Part shown: piece after piece, positions 38,334-52,089 of the stretch
How positions within the stretch are numbered: position 1 is the first letter of the stretch
Layout: each line of letters begins with the position of its first letter
NCBI GenBank assembly: GCA_024704765.1
Contig: JAKMXF010000166.1
Span: 708,743 to 772,742 of the forward strand
Source of the DNA: Oopsacas minuta
Lineage: Eukaryota > Animalia > Porifera
Direction of reading: 5' to 3'
DNA: 64,000 nt
Position numbers and translations under genes: made by a program
The notes under the pieces: generated by a model
Database searches by the model: none
Seen by the model: only the letters and a program-made list of their open reading frames with translations
What the model was told of the DNA's origin: nothing

Positions 38334-39437
38334 TAGTATTTTGGGTCTAGCTCGAACAAGCTCGAGCCTTGAACGAAATTATAACATCACTGTCACATTG
38401 GGAAAATCGAAAATTCACAGTATTAACCACTGCTCAGCCAATATACATGAGAGAATTTTGAAATTTGAATACCAGGTATTCAGGGTGCCAAATGTCCTGA
38501 AGTCATGACTCCTAACTCATCATGGAATTAATACAGCATAATGACTTTAAAATTAAGGCGCATTAATTTGGTTATGTAAATTACATTCCATAGTTTTATC
38601 TAAGAGGAATGCACTATAATCACGATTTTTACTGTGCAGGCTATAGTATTTTATAGTTTCGCAGTATTGATCTTAGTGCGTATTTTGTTAAAATTTTTTC
38701 TGTATGTTCTCTATAGCCCACACCGTTCATAATCAAGAGCATAAAATTAGTCAAAGGGTAGATTCTTACTTATAAATTTATGGCTCAGTATACTAAATTC
38801 ATCTGTGTTAATTTGCCAATTTGGTCACTATAAATTTCAAATACAAATTGCAGAAACTTCTAGAAACTCAACAACTAGTTCGCATATAGAATTTCGATTG
38901 AACTGGAATTTAATTGTTCTGATTTCGAAATCAAATTTCACGGAAGAATTTGAGGTATTTGGAAATTACTAACAAACAGCTGGCGTATGGGGGAAGCCGT
39001 CTCTCCATCGACATCCTAGTCTATTTATTAAATTCGTGTAAAGTGGCACTAGTAATTGGAGGCAATATGAAAGGTAAAATGCAACATCAACACACATAGT
39101 GCTTCCAATAAATAGTTTCAATTTACAAATTTCATTAATAGACGAAGCTGTGGGCATAGATTGAATTATATATGTTTTGACTATGAGGAATGCTTTTTAC
39201 TTACATTAGTATATTGATTAACTCTAAGGCTAGCTTTTTACACGCCTTAGGTTATTTTTAACACTAAGGTAATCGTTTTAATCGTCGACCAACGCACCAT
39301 AAGAGATTCAGCTATGAGATTCTCAAGCAAATCCAAGGCATACGGAAACGGTCAGGGCACAAGGAACTAACAAGCGAAGCGCTCTAATTATCAAATAATC
39401 GGTTAATTCAAAATACAATACAAGAATATTAAAGTAC

Positions 39438-39953
39438 CTCTTATCTAACTCGTTCTTTTCTTGAATTTGCTGACTTTCTTTATTATCTTTCTCTTGTTTA
39501 ATATGATCAATTAATATGAGACAATCTTTTTGCTCTTCACGTTGTAACTGTCTCAATTCTCTAACTTGAATTTGGCGTAGGTCTTTCAATTTTTTATGAG
39601 CTGAATCTTGATAATTACCATCCATATTGTTATTAATATCAATAATACGAGTTGTGCGAGTAGTTATTACCTGTCCATCTACTTCAAACGTCCTCATTCT
39701 TGATAAAGTCTGGTATTTATAATCATTTGGAATATTCGAATTAGAAATTTCGGATTTATCATGGACCATATCTATAGATATTTTAGGATGCGAAACGGAA
39801 TTATCAACAAATAACCTTTTTTCATTATATTCAGATAAAGGAATGTCTTTTGACAGCAGTTTGTCGGTGTGATTTAATTGTTCGGAGCCTGAAACATTTA
39901 TGGGTAGTTTGAGAACAGTGATATCGGTGGTTGAATTGAGACCAGAATCCACC
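39438..39953 (-). CDS. SLK: SLK/STK10-family kinase, internal exon (start of coiled-coil region)
   Basis: QTLSRMRTFEVDGQVITTRTTRII..LRQIQVRELRQLQREEQK resembles SLK [41 protein letters not shown]. Acceptor tctattAG|G, donor AG|gtactt; 516 bp, phase 2 at both ends. The acceptor choice is less certain than the donor. Confidence 0.85.
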
Positions 39954-40890
39954 CTAATAGATAAAAAAGAATAAACAGCTGGAATGTCTTGGATAATAAT
40001 TATTAAATCATAACCATCTTGAGAAATGGTGGTTACCAAAGGATCACAAGTGGCAGAAGGTAAAACCAATTGGAGTTAGGGGAGAAATCTTAAAGTGCTG
40101 CTCCCGCCAACAATAATATGATATAGACAGAATTATATCCGCGCCATGTAGGAATTCCTACTTGGATCAAAAAGGTGGAATAATTTCTAAAGAGGTATTC
40201 TTTGGATTATTGTCATACATGCCGTTAGGGAATTGCTTGGAGGCTTGCCTCCCCCTGAAAGTAGGTTGGGTATTTTGATGGGATATACGTATTGGTAGAG
40301 ATGTATTTTTGGTACAACTATAGTCTAGTACTGCAAGCTTATTTCCATTTAATCGACGCTACGGCGTATTTTGAAGTTATAGAACTCGTCGAATAATGAA
40401 CAGAGAACTTTAGAACAGAAAATCCGTCAAAATTAGACAAATTTCCAATTATTCACTATATTTGCAAAGTCTATGGGGATATTTTGCGATACTGAATGAA
40501 GCCAATTATACGCTATTCTATACATTGTTTGCATTCACTTTCCGGATGCTTACTACCCTCACACCTTCAGTATTTCTATGGATATTCATTTTTCGATATT
40601 TTCTATATAATGATTTACAATGAGCGGTCATGAAACTAACTAAAGAAATTTTAATTCATGAATCCGCTTTTAGAACATATATGAGATTAGTTGAATACCT
40701 CAGTAATTCACATGTTTGCAAAGTAGTTCATGATTACCCAACATTGTTATAAGAATGCAAGATTTTCAATGTAATGAGCATCATTAATCCAAATAACAAA
40801 ATATTAATGTGGTTATGTTAAATTAAGATGCCACGAATTGTGGCACTCCTTCTAGTAATAATGTTACACCGATGGCCCGACTGATATATA

Positions 40891-41426
40891 CAGTGGAAGC
40901 TGCTTAATCGAGACTCGGATAATCGGTATATCCGCTTAAATGGGACAAAGGTTTGTGAATAGACATTTTACATAGAAAAATCGACGGATAATTGGGACTT
41001 TGAATCGGTTAATAGTGATTTTTTATCCCGATTAACCGATTATTTGAAATTCATAATCGGTTAATCGGTAATTCTTATCCCGATTAAACGAATATGAAAA
41101 TTATATTCGTTTAATTGGGATTTGATCCAATAAAACGACTTTATATGTATTCTTAATCATTGTAATATGGTTTGTTCATAAAACTAGGAATTTGAATATT
41201 CTACAGCCATAATAATACAACGCCTATTGGATTTCAATTTACAATACAAGATTATTAACTTTGTTCACTCCCTATATAAATCAGGATTTAGCAGTAGTGC
41301 AATAGGATATTTCTGGTTATGATCTAAGATCATGAAAATTTGTTTTGAATACTTAAATATATCATAATCGGTTTACCGAGACAAAACATTTACTCCCAAG
41401 ATGTCTCGATTAAGCGGCTTCCACTG
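40891..41426. mobile_element. pogo/Tigger-like MITE
   Basis: 24-bp TIR CAGTGGAAGC(T/C)GCTTAATCGAGAC, TA TSD. Confidence 0.9.
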
Positions 41427-41469
41427 TAATAAGAATGATCACAAATGTATTCTACTTATTTACATTACA

Positions 41470-42030
41470 AATAATGGATTTTCAGCCAACACTTGAGCCC
41501 ACTGCCTTCAATGAAATCCCACAGGATTTGCCTTTTGAAGATATTATTATCCTGGCACACTGTTGTGATGATGCTATAAACTGGTTAAGAACATATGACT
41601 TATTAGCGCGTCGAATGCAGTGTCGTTGTGGAGTAGAAATGTATGAAACACATTCTTCTCACTGTCAGGATGGCAATGGATGGAGATGCAGTTCATGTAA
41701 ACGAAGTGTTCGATCCGCCATATGTCCATCTTCACATCATCCAAAATACAACTCCCATTGATGTTCAGGTTCCTGTACTATTGAGGGAGGACTTACGATC
41801 GTATGCATTTTGGAGAAGCACTTAACATGGCGTCCGAACACAGTTGTTGATTGGAAAAATTATATGAAGGGAATATGTTATTGGATGTCCAGGCAAGATC
41901 ATTGAGATAGACGATTCCAAATTCGGCAAACGAAAGTATAAGAGATGTAGACTGTTAACTGGCCAGTGGGTATTCGGGATGGTTGAGAGAAGTAAATATA
42001 AAATTATGGTTATAACATCGAAGATCATAA
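41470..42030 (+). pseudogene. Merlin (IS1016/ISXO2-like) transposase remnant
   Basis: N-terminal Cys cluster QCRCGVEM..GWRCSSCKR, then IDDSKFGKRKY..GQWVFGMVER. Frameshifted; termini not found. Confidence 0.8.
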
Positions 42031-43499
42031 TATAGATTGCACAATTCTATTAAATTCAAATCTGTCATGATTTCAATGATATAAACTGAGAGGATACACG
42101 TTTCTTACAGAATCTTTGTCAATATTCCTATTTTTGTGTGGAATTACAAAATCAGACATTTTTCTCGTATTATTTACATTTGTGCTTAAAATACTCTATA
42201 TACTCTACTTAGATTATGATTGATGTAACTCTGTTGGCAATTACTTCTGTCATTCACATATTCATACTTTGTACGCATGAAATCGCCAGCTCTTAAGTTT
42301 AACTTCGTTTCTAAAATTGGATGTTTGACTATTCTGAACCAATTTTCTGCACTTGCATTACTAGCCAGGTTGTAATTGCTCCTTGGTCATCAACTGTATT
42401 TCTTAATGACTAAGGAGCAATTAAAACAATTGATAGGATCTTTCTATCCCACATATTCTAGCGTTAATGCGATTACTATAGACAGCTTTAAATGCCTCAA
42501 TACCAATATATGAAAATTTGTCTCGCAATTTGACTACCCAATGAATACATATACTGATCTGATAATTGTTCAGAAGGAAGTACTTGTTCTTAAACAAATT
42601 AATTGATTTACAATCCAATTCTTAGAATTAGACTAATTCTTAGAATAATTCTAAGAAAAATATTTAGTGAGGTAAAGAGGACACTTAACTTATAATTTAT
42701 TCTACTTTTCTATGAAATTATAATCAATACGCATTTTTTACAAAGAAGATTGTTTATCGCTTAAGACAATATGTTTGATTATCATATCCACATGTTGTAA
42801 TAACCGGGGCAAGGAACTAGTCAAACTACATACCAACTATATTTAGATACTATTTCTTGATATCACTCTGAATTGTATTATGATATCAATAAATGTATTT
42901 ACGTAATTATATCTCATATATTTGAAAACATAATAGTGTTGTATCTAAACTAAGGTAAATAAAGTCAATGCCATTTGAGTGACGTCCTGCAATAATATAC
43001 GCAATATATGCCAATTGATCCATTAAGCATATTATCAACTTTAGTTATAAGTATAAATAATAAAAAATTGTTAATTAATTATGATAATATCTTACCAATC
43101 GCTCGCATTATGGCCACTGAAAAATCGAACCTCGTTCAAAGAATTTTACTCAGGAGGAGATAATATCACTCGTGGATCTCATTCATGATAAATCAAGTAT
43201 ACAAGTATAAGGATTGCATTTTCTACTATGTGCATATCTTCTTAAAAAGCGATTGAAGTCGAATGAATTGGCATAAATTTTATTAATCAAGAGCAAGAAT
43301 CAATCGAGTAGAATTACACAATTCTAAGAACAAAGTCTTATTCTAAGAACTTCATTTAAGAATTTTAGTTAATAAGGCCCAGGCTTCAGGCTGAAGCATT
43401 AACTGCGTTTAAGGACGTTCCAATGGATGATAGAAAGGATTATGGATTAGTTACTCCTGCTCTTCAAAAGCTCTAGTGCCAGAAGAAGACAAATTCATT

Positions 43500-45975
43500 G
43501 CAATCGACCCTTATGCTAGAGGACGCTATAATTGTGTATTCAACTACTGATGGCAATGAACTAAAGGAGGGTTGCAATGACTTGATGTATACCAAGATGG
43601 TAACTTATGAGATACCTTCTGTTCTGAAGATTACAGTGACATATTGTCCCACTATAAGGAGTTACTGTCTTTCATTCCAGGGACTACACAAGTCACTACT
43701 CGCAGAATTTCTGTCACCCACAAGTTACCCGTAAGATCACATGCTAGACCCATTCCACATATTTATACGACCGAGATAACTAAATGCTAAAATCTGCAAG
43801 GATTCTTATCCTTACCACTACCAGATGAAGTAGAAGAAAGAATCGAGGGTAGCGAATTATTCTCAAAATTGGATCTTAATAGCGGATACTGGCAGGTTCC
43901 ATTACGTAATAAATATCGTGAAATGTCAGCGTTCTCTCCAGGTCCAGGAATGGGATTGTATCAGTTTAATATGGTGCCATTTGGACTGGCCAATGCTCCT
44001 GAATCATTTCAAAGAATGATGGATTCTGTTTTACGAGGGCTGGAAGAATTTAGTTTTCTATTTGTTGACGATACTTGATATTTTCGCCTGATGATGTACA
44101 ACATCTAAATCATCTGTCCAGAGTTTTAAGAAGAATTCAAAAAGCTGTTTTAATACTGCGAGGATCTAAATGCGAAATTGGCAAATGTGAGATTGAATAT
44201 TTGGGTCACGTATTTCAAAAGTGTTATGGCTCAAAACACTTTCCGAATTTCGGCAATCATAGAATGGCCTCGTCCTCAAAATTATAAAGATATTCGTCTA
44301 TTTCTTGGAGTAGCCATCAATTACCTTTGTGAGGAATTTTTCAAAAATTGCGAGTCCATTGAATCAACTACTTCAGAAGAATACACCATTTGATTCTGAT
44401 TCAGAATGCGAGAACTCGTTCAAAAAACTTAAGTATTGTTTAGAGAACGGTCCCGTTCAAAGATGTTCATCTATTGATAAGTAATAGTCATTGTATACAG
44501 ATTCTTCAGGGGTTGGTATTGGAGCCGTATTGGAACAGGTCGGTAGAGGTGTCGTATATTCAAGTATAACACTGAAGGATGCAGAAAAGAAGTATTCAAC
44601 GATTGTAGGAGAATGTTTGGCACTTGTGAATGTAATTAATAAAATTCAGACAATACCTATTGGGAAAACACTTTACCGTATACGGTGAACATAAACCTTT
44701 GGAATGGATATTCGAAAAAAGGAATGTCGTAAAGCAATCCAAGAATATGATTTTACAATTCGGTATCGTTCCGATAGTATAAAATCTAATGCAGATACTT
44801 ACTCAGAGGGTAGATCTGAACATTGGTGACGCGGAACCTGTATGTATATCTGAATTAATTCACATTGACATAGCCGAGGATGAATTGTGTTTAGCACAAT
44901 GAAAAGAACCAATATTAAGAGTTGAGATGGAAAATTTAGCATCTAATGAGCCTCAATATTAAAAGAACAGGGATATATCGAAATGCTTATCAAACGATTA
45001 CAACAAATTTGGAATCAATTAGATAGTAAATGGAATTATTTTTCGAATCTACAAGCCTCATGCATTTAGCGATTTTACTCGTGTAGTTGTTGTACCAGGG
45101 TGCCTTAAGACTAGGCCTTTACATCGGTGCCATGATCTACCACAATCAGGATACTTAGGTTTGAGAAGAGCCTCGGAAAATTGAAAAGGATTGCTTTCCG
45201 ACTCGGTCATCCTCAATATTTACACTCTGATCAGAGTATAAATTTTGAGTCTGTATTAATCAAAGAGATCTGTGAAGCATGGGGAATAGGTAAAAGTAGA
45301 ACTACCATATATCATACACCAGGAAATGGGGAAGTGGAACGAGCAAATAGAAGTTCACCTAGCTTGGTTATTGCAGACATAAGTAATTCGAATAGCCAAA
45401 AAAGCTAGTGCATGTGAACAGATTAAGACCTAGATATATGGGGTTAATATTTTATCATCACCTCCAACAGAGGTAGAAGAAGAAATTTGCGAATCGAGGG
45501 TAATCAAGAGATCGAGATGACATGGACAAGAGAGCAATTGAGCAATCGAACGAATTAAATAGTTCATTCAACCATAGTCTAAGACTAAACCAAGGTAAAG
45601 ATTTGTCCAGCAATCGGATGTTCACAGTGGACAACAAGCAGAAATATCATATTGGAACTAAATAACACGGGCAAGGAACAAGGGCCAATTGAATTTGTTC
45701 CAAACACGACATCCACACCAAGATCAGTCAACAGAGAAAATATTGACTGAGGTAATGATAAGGAATTGAGAAAATCCTCTAGAGTTAGTTGTTATTGGAA
45801 TATTATATCACCTGATAAGCTCAGGGGCAAGCTTAGAGATAGAAGTAAGTATTGTAACAATGTGATTGAGTAAATTAACTGACATAAGTTATTCTTTATT
45901 GGATATTATGGAATAATGGCTATATATATTCATGTAGTAAATTGTTAAGAGCTTTTGGGTTATATGTATCATTTA
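43500..45975 (+). mobile_element. Degenerate Ty3/Gypsy LTR retrotransposon pol remnant
   Basis: RT (KLDLNSGYWQ, PFGLANAPESFQRMM, FVDD), RNase H (YTDSSGVGIGAVLEQ) and integrase (LHSDQSINFES..GNGEVERANRS) in Gypsy order. LTRs unresolved. Confidence 0.88.
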
Positions 45976-48900
45976 CACAGGGTTACATAAATATATTTTT
46001 TCAATACACAATCTAAGTTATCCAAATTTTCTAATACAACTTTTCGTGCAGAGTTTGAAAAACGCATCCATTCATGGCCATCACGTCAGGACTTTATAGT
46101 ATAGAACAAGACTTGTTTTTGAATAGTACATTTTAACATTAATATAAATGATCAAATAAAATGTTCCCAACCTCAAATTTTCATATGTAAATATACTGAA
46201 ATAATATACTTCTTGTTCACTACATATCTCTACATATGAAAGGGCATATACTATGTGTTAGTCTATAAATTTTCTTAAGAACCTAGATTAGGACTCCAAA
46301 AACTTCCTTTTATGAGATTTTCTCGCGTAATGTATGTCCACACAATCTCGCTTCAGGCTCCAACAGTAGTCTGCTATCATTTTAGTGTCATACCTTCCTT
46401 GGAAATGCTCTTCCATCATTTGAATGTCCTGATGAAACCCTTCAACCCTGTTCATCCGATACGTCTCCACGATTTGTTGGGAATTCATCCAAGTGGCTAT
46501 GCAAAAATGAATTTTGATGCTCATATTACATCCCAACTTATGAAAGCTTTCGAGCAAACGATTGATTAAATTCACATAATTATAGTCTCTTCTAACGACT
46601 AAGAAGCCTTTCACAAGCGATACAAAGGCTTGCCATGCATCATACTCAGTATCCAACATATGAGTAGTGAATTCGGGATCTTTCATGAATTTTCGGATGT
46701 CTGGCGGATTGAAGATAGCAGATTTGACTTTTTCATCGCTCAGCAGGTGGAATTGTGAGCGGAGGTATTGAAAACAATCACCATCCTAGTTAAGAGCTCT
46801 TACGAATTGCTTAATTACCCCGAGTTAAATGTGCAAAGGTGGAAAAACAATCTTTTCCCGCTCCCCAGTGCTTCGTTGATCACATTAGCACAACCAAGAA
46901 TTAATAATTTTCTCTTTTTGGCCACTCCTTTCTGATACAATGTTCATTCTTCACTCTACTATCCCACATACACAAAATAAACAAGGATATTTGTGTACCC
47001 ACTTTGTTGCCCGAGAAGGAAGCAAACCATTTTTAGATCTACACAGATGATCCACTAATGAGAATCATATCTAATTAACTGAAAACCAGATTGACAATTT
47101 CATATTTTTCACTTAATGTCACAGAATGAGCAAGGGGGATTGAGCCAAACTGATTTCTATTGTGAAGTAAAACAACTTTCAAACTCCTTTTTGAGCCATC
47201 AATAAAAAGTCTCCATTCATTAGCATCATATTTTATCAGACCAAGTCCTTTTAACAGGCCCTCAATGTCACAACAGTAAACAGAATTTTCACGTTGAGCA
47301 AAATATCGTGAGAACTCCTGTTCGCTATGACGATAATATGAAACCTTGGTGTGTGGACTCAGCAAATTCTTTTGGTTAAGCCTAGATGCTAGTAGTTCGG
47401 AAGCAGCCATTGACAAAGCAAGATTACAAACCAAGTCATTTAACTCTTCCTGGTTAAATGTTTGCAGTGGTTTAGATTTGATAAATTCTTCATCTCTACC
47501 TCATCAGGTGACTCCACATCATCAATATTTTCTGGTTTCGGATCAGGTAAAAATTGATAACAATCAGTTATTACAGGTTCAAGTTCAGGATTTTTCCAAA
47601 TTGAAATCGGAATTTCATCACTATGTTGTTCAGGCATTATTGCGGAAGGTAGAGAGGGATACTGTATTCTTAATTTGTTCTTCTGATTGAAGCCTAGTGA
47701 TTTGACCATCCAGAAGTAGCAATCATCAAAATGGTTTGTCGGTTCTCTCCATATCATAGGAATTCCAAATGGCATTGACTTTAGTTTGTTACACGACCAG
47801 TTATATAAATTCATGAGGCATTTCTGACAAAACTATATGTGGTGACCACCCTTTGTCTTGGTCGCCCAATTGCATCCCAAAATACGCAGGGTGTAAATTG
47901 CGTACTGTATCATCTATCGCCCGTTTCTGTGTTGAGAATGTTAACTCCCCACAAATATAGCAGAAACTATTCGGATCATTAGAACATTTCCTCCTTGAAG
48001 TTGTCATAAAACAATTAGCTAAAATATAAATTAATGCTAATATCTTACTATATACAGGGCGTAACAAAAGTCTTGGCCGGTTCTCAATCGTAGATGGATT
48101 TAATATATACTAGTAATTATAGCATACATCGGAAATGCTAGTTGACTGATAGTTACTATATAGTAACTACATTTATACTATAGGCATATTGAGTATCTTC
48201 AACACTGCTCTCGAATTTTTTTTAGCATATTTACCTTACCAGTGTTTTTTGGGAAAATGAATGTCGGTGATCACGGAGTCGAGCTCTGTTCTAAAGCAAT
48301 TGGGATGCTTGAAGGAGGCATTACTCAAAAAGAGGTAGCTACAAGTCTAAATGTTGGAGTAAGGTCAGTACGAGATGGTGGAGTTAACACAAATGCGGTG
48401 AGACTATGGAGGCTAAGCCTCATCTGGAAGGCCTCAAATTTTGAAACGGGTATCACGAATAGAGTGATTAAGAAATCGTTGGGGAAAAGGAGGCAATCAA
48501 CCCGAAAATTGTCGAGGAGACTATCTATCAGAGGAAACCCTATATCTCACATGACTATTCAGCGGCACTTAGCACAAAAGCTTGATGCCAGACCCTATAA
48601 ACCTCCCAAATGGCCAAGAGTTACACAAAAAATCAAGGAAAATCGATCGAAATTCGCTCGGGATTATGAGAATTGGTCTTTCTAAGATTGGAATAACGTG
48701 TTCTGGTCTGATGAATCGCCCTTTAAGTTATTTCATTCGCCAAACAAACAGAATGATCGAGTATGGGCAATTGGTTTACAAAATATTGAGCCTATTTTTC
48801 AAGTCAAATTCCCAGTGAAAATTATGGTCTGGGGAATGATGTCACACAGAGCGCTGTCAGAACTACACATTGTTCCCCAAAAACAGACCGTCAATGGACC

Positions 48901-49752
48901 CTACTATAGGAACGAAATATTGAAGAAAACCTGTCTGAATGCGATCGCTCGTAAAGCTAAAAAGGGGTCCGTTATTAAGAGGTCCATGTTGGAAAACATG
49001 TCAGAATTTCTGTTCATGCAGGATGGTGCCCCCGCACACACAGCCAATGTCACGCAGCAGTGGTGTTCAGAGAAGTTCCCTCGGTTTTGGAAGAAAGGGG
49101 AGTGACCAGCTAAATCCCCCGACTTGAATCCGATTGAAAATCTTTAAGGGTATTTTTATGAACATTTGGATGAAATGGGCTAGGTCACCACGATTCAGGC
49201 CCTAATTGCAACCTAAAAACGGTATGGAAGACGATTTCACCGAACATCCTTCGAAACCTGGTGAATGGGATGCCTAATCGAATGAAATATTTTATGTGAG
49301 CCACCATAAGGCAACAGGCCAAGACTTTTGTTACACCCTGTACTCTCTATTTATAGTGACTATAAGCCTACTATATAGCATGCATAAGAATAACACTATT
49401 CTATTAATATCTCAGCCAAAGTTAGGATTCCTTATACTATGAATGGAATATATACGATAAAATGTACCTTGACTCCAAATAAACAGAGTTTTTGAACGCC
49501 CAAATATCTAGTCATACAAAACACAATGACAATGAATATAATTTGTTCTAGAAACACGATTAAACAACAAATTACATAATTATGATTTGGGAGGGCTGGG
49601 CCTAGATGAAACTTTGGACAAAAATTATGAAACATCAATATCAAATAATCTGGACGTGATGGGCACAAATGGATGGCGTTTTTGGCCTCAGAGGCTAAAG
49701 GTTAGTTAGAAAAAACAATGGGATAGTTTGTGTAAAATGCTGTTGCCCAGTG
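45976..49752 (-). mobile_element. Chapaev3 transposon, copy 2, carrying a nested DD37E element
   Basis: Ends CACAGGGTTACA / CACTGGGCAACA, flanks TTA / TCA. ORFs 46288-48067: SNDPNSFCYICG, GDQDKGWSPH, WREPTNHFDDCYF, WRLFIDGSKRSLKVVLLHN, CNMSIKIHF. Confidence 0.85.
48055..49340 (+). mobile_element. Tc1-like DD37E transposon
   Basis: TIR CAGGG(C/T)GTAACAAAAGTCTTGGCC, TA TSD; WSDESPF; FMQDGAPAH-37aa-SPDLNPIE with internal stops. Confidence 0.93.
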
Positions 49753-52089
49753 TCATAGTTGTGAGATGGATCAGATGCAGCTGAAGACCAAATTATCATT
49801 AGCATATCCTCTAAAACATTCTGTTTAATTGAATATCAACCTGTTCCTTCATGATTATAATGAAAAGAATATGCAGATTCCAGGCAATGGACAATATCTA
49901 GATAAATTATGGCAGTTTGAAGAGATGGCAAATCCAATATTGAGAAAGAGTCGAGATTATAACTCAAAACCAATGATTTATTTGTACATTGTGGAGATGG
50001 TGGAAATGGGGAAAGCGATTTACACAATATGAAATCTATAGGTGGCTGAGCCGAGACTGATGGATCGATTACTCGCTCGATTCATACACACGGATATTGT
50101 TGAATAATTCATCCATTTCAAAAAAAAATAGATCTTGCTGATGCGGATTATTGCGCTATGTAGTATTCTACAAATAATGTCCCAAATAGAATCGCTAACG
50201 CTAGGGCCAACAGAAAGTGAACACACAACCACTTTGTATGAATTAAAAGTGGATTCGATATCAAAAGTAACTGCTGGAGCTATCTTGGAACTAAAGAGGA
50301 ACATATAAATTCTATATTCGCCGTAATCACCAGAAAATGTGTCAAGATAAATCTAACTTTTGTTGTAGTAATTGGTTATTATACATCAAACCGCATTCCG
50401 ATGAGATGAAAATAATATAAATAGAAAGAAAGGAAGTTACATTTGGAAATATTGACTCCACTTGAGTAATGAAACTATTTGGTTTCATTGTAGGGGTTTC
50501 GAAACGAAAATATAATTCTAAAATGTGAAGAAAATAATACAATGTTTGATATACAGGGCAGAATGTAAATAACTTAATCCTTGAATAGTAAGTCCCGATG
50601 TACTATTCAAGAAATACTGCATATTGAAAATAGACAACAAACTTTAGTCAACAAGACTTATATCAGAGTTTTGATTTGTAGATTTACGAATGAGAAGGAT
50701 TTGCAGAGTCGTGAAAGAGTTAATGAAGAAAGTGGTGAAATATAGGTGTTTAGTCATGAATAGATGAAATATAAGATAAAATTTATTGGATTCTCAAAAG
50801 ATTATTTCAAAAGGTACTCTTCAGCAGTAGTGTTTGTATTTTCAAATGGGAAAATTATGGTGTGAATATGTATCTTATTATAATTATTTCATGGTACATT
50901 AAACTTGAGCGGAATAATTCATTGAAAAATAGCAAATAATCCTGAATTATCCATTTCTACTCGATATTTCAAACATTGATTATATTTAATCTATTTTCGA
51001 AAATATGGAAACTAATTACTACTTTGAAATTACTTTGCATATTCTCGAATTCATTGAGTAATTCATAATGAGTCAACTGAGATCAAACAGTGATATTGTA
51101 GTAATCTGTATGCGTTACTATAGTTAGAATGGTTAGAATGTTTATTTAATTGGTGTGCTTAGTACAAATCTAATTGAGACTCGACTTAAACAAGCCAGTT
51201 CTCAAGCCTAAATTTATCTTCAAAGGTTTCAAATAATTTAACATAACAATTTAAATACTTAAACGTCTATACAACAACAGACCATGTAGATGATTGCAGA
51301 AAAAAATAATTGTTTAAGTATACTAAATTCATATGTGAATTGCTGCTAGTTAGATCCACCAATTACTATTAGAAAAATACAAGTTTTAAAAGTATAAATT
51401 CATTCCAGAAATGTCAGTACCTCTTCTTTCGATTGGTCAAAAATGTTAAACTCTGACCATGGGTAGTTAGTCAAATTAATGGTAGAAGTACTGCTAGTCG
51501 AATATTCAACCAACTTCACACTCGATATTATCATTAAGAACTACCAACTTTATCGATTTACAATGTGAGAACCTGGGCATAAAACAACTTACATATTGAT
51601 AAACTATTTTTTCCATGAGGGACACAGAAAATACATTTTTGTGGCGAAAAAGTTCATAATGGTTGGAACATGGCTAGCTAAGCAAATAATTGCCAAAATA
51701 ATTTCCAGGCCATTGAATATATCCTGTTTGATCAAGAAGATTTGCACATATCATTACAAATTCGAGTGTCAATACTTTTCCACATATTAGGAAACGCTTA
51801 GAATATTTTGAGGATGGTTTTCAGTAAATTTAAACACAATGACACAGCAAAATCAACATTAATATACGTATATCACAATGTACCAATAGGGCATATAGTA
51901 TTAACAACACCTATCAGGTGTGAAAAGAAGCATCGTTATAAGATATGAGGAGTGATACATGAAAACAACTAATCTGGATCTACGAATTATATTATATACA
52001 GTTGTAATACACTTAGGTTTGACATTCACGTCGTTTGTTTGACTTAAAAGCAGTAAATTGGTCCTGACGCCGTGTTCACAGACCTGTTT

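Noticed and set aside
24713-49127. Many transposase stops at Trp or Arg codons as a special mutational process
   Set aside because: These codons are one transition from a stop; a bias cannot be claimed without consensus-based counts.
50020-50542. Minus-strand ORFs as extra SLK exons
   Set aside because: No SLK similarity, and the flanking exons already join in frame. Cannot be fully excluded without RNA data.
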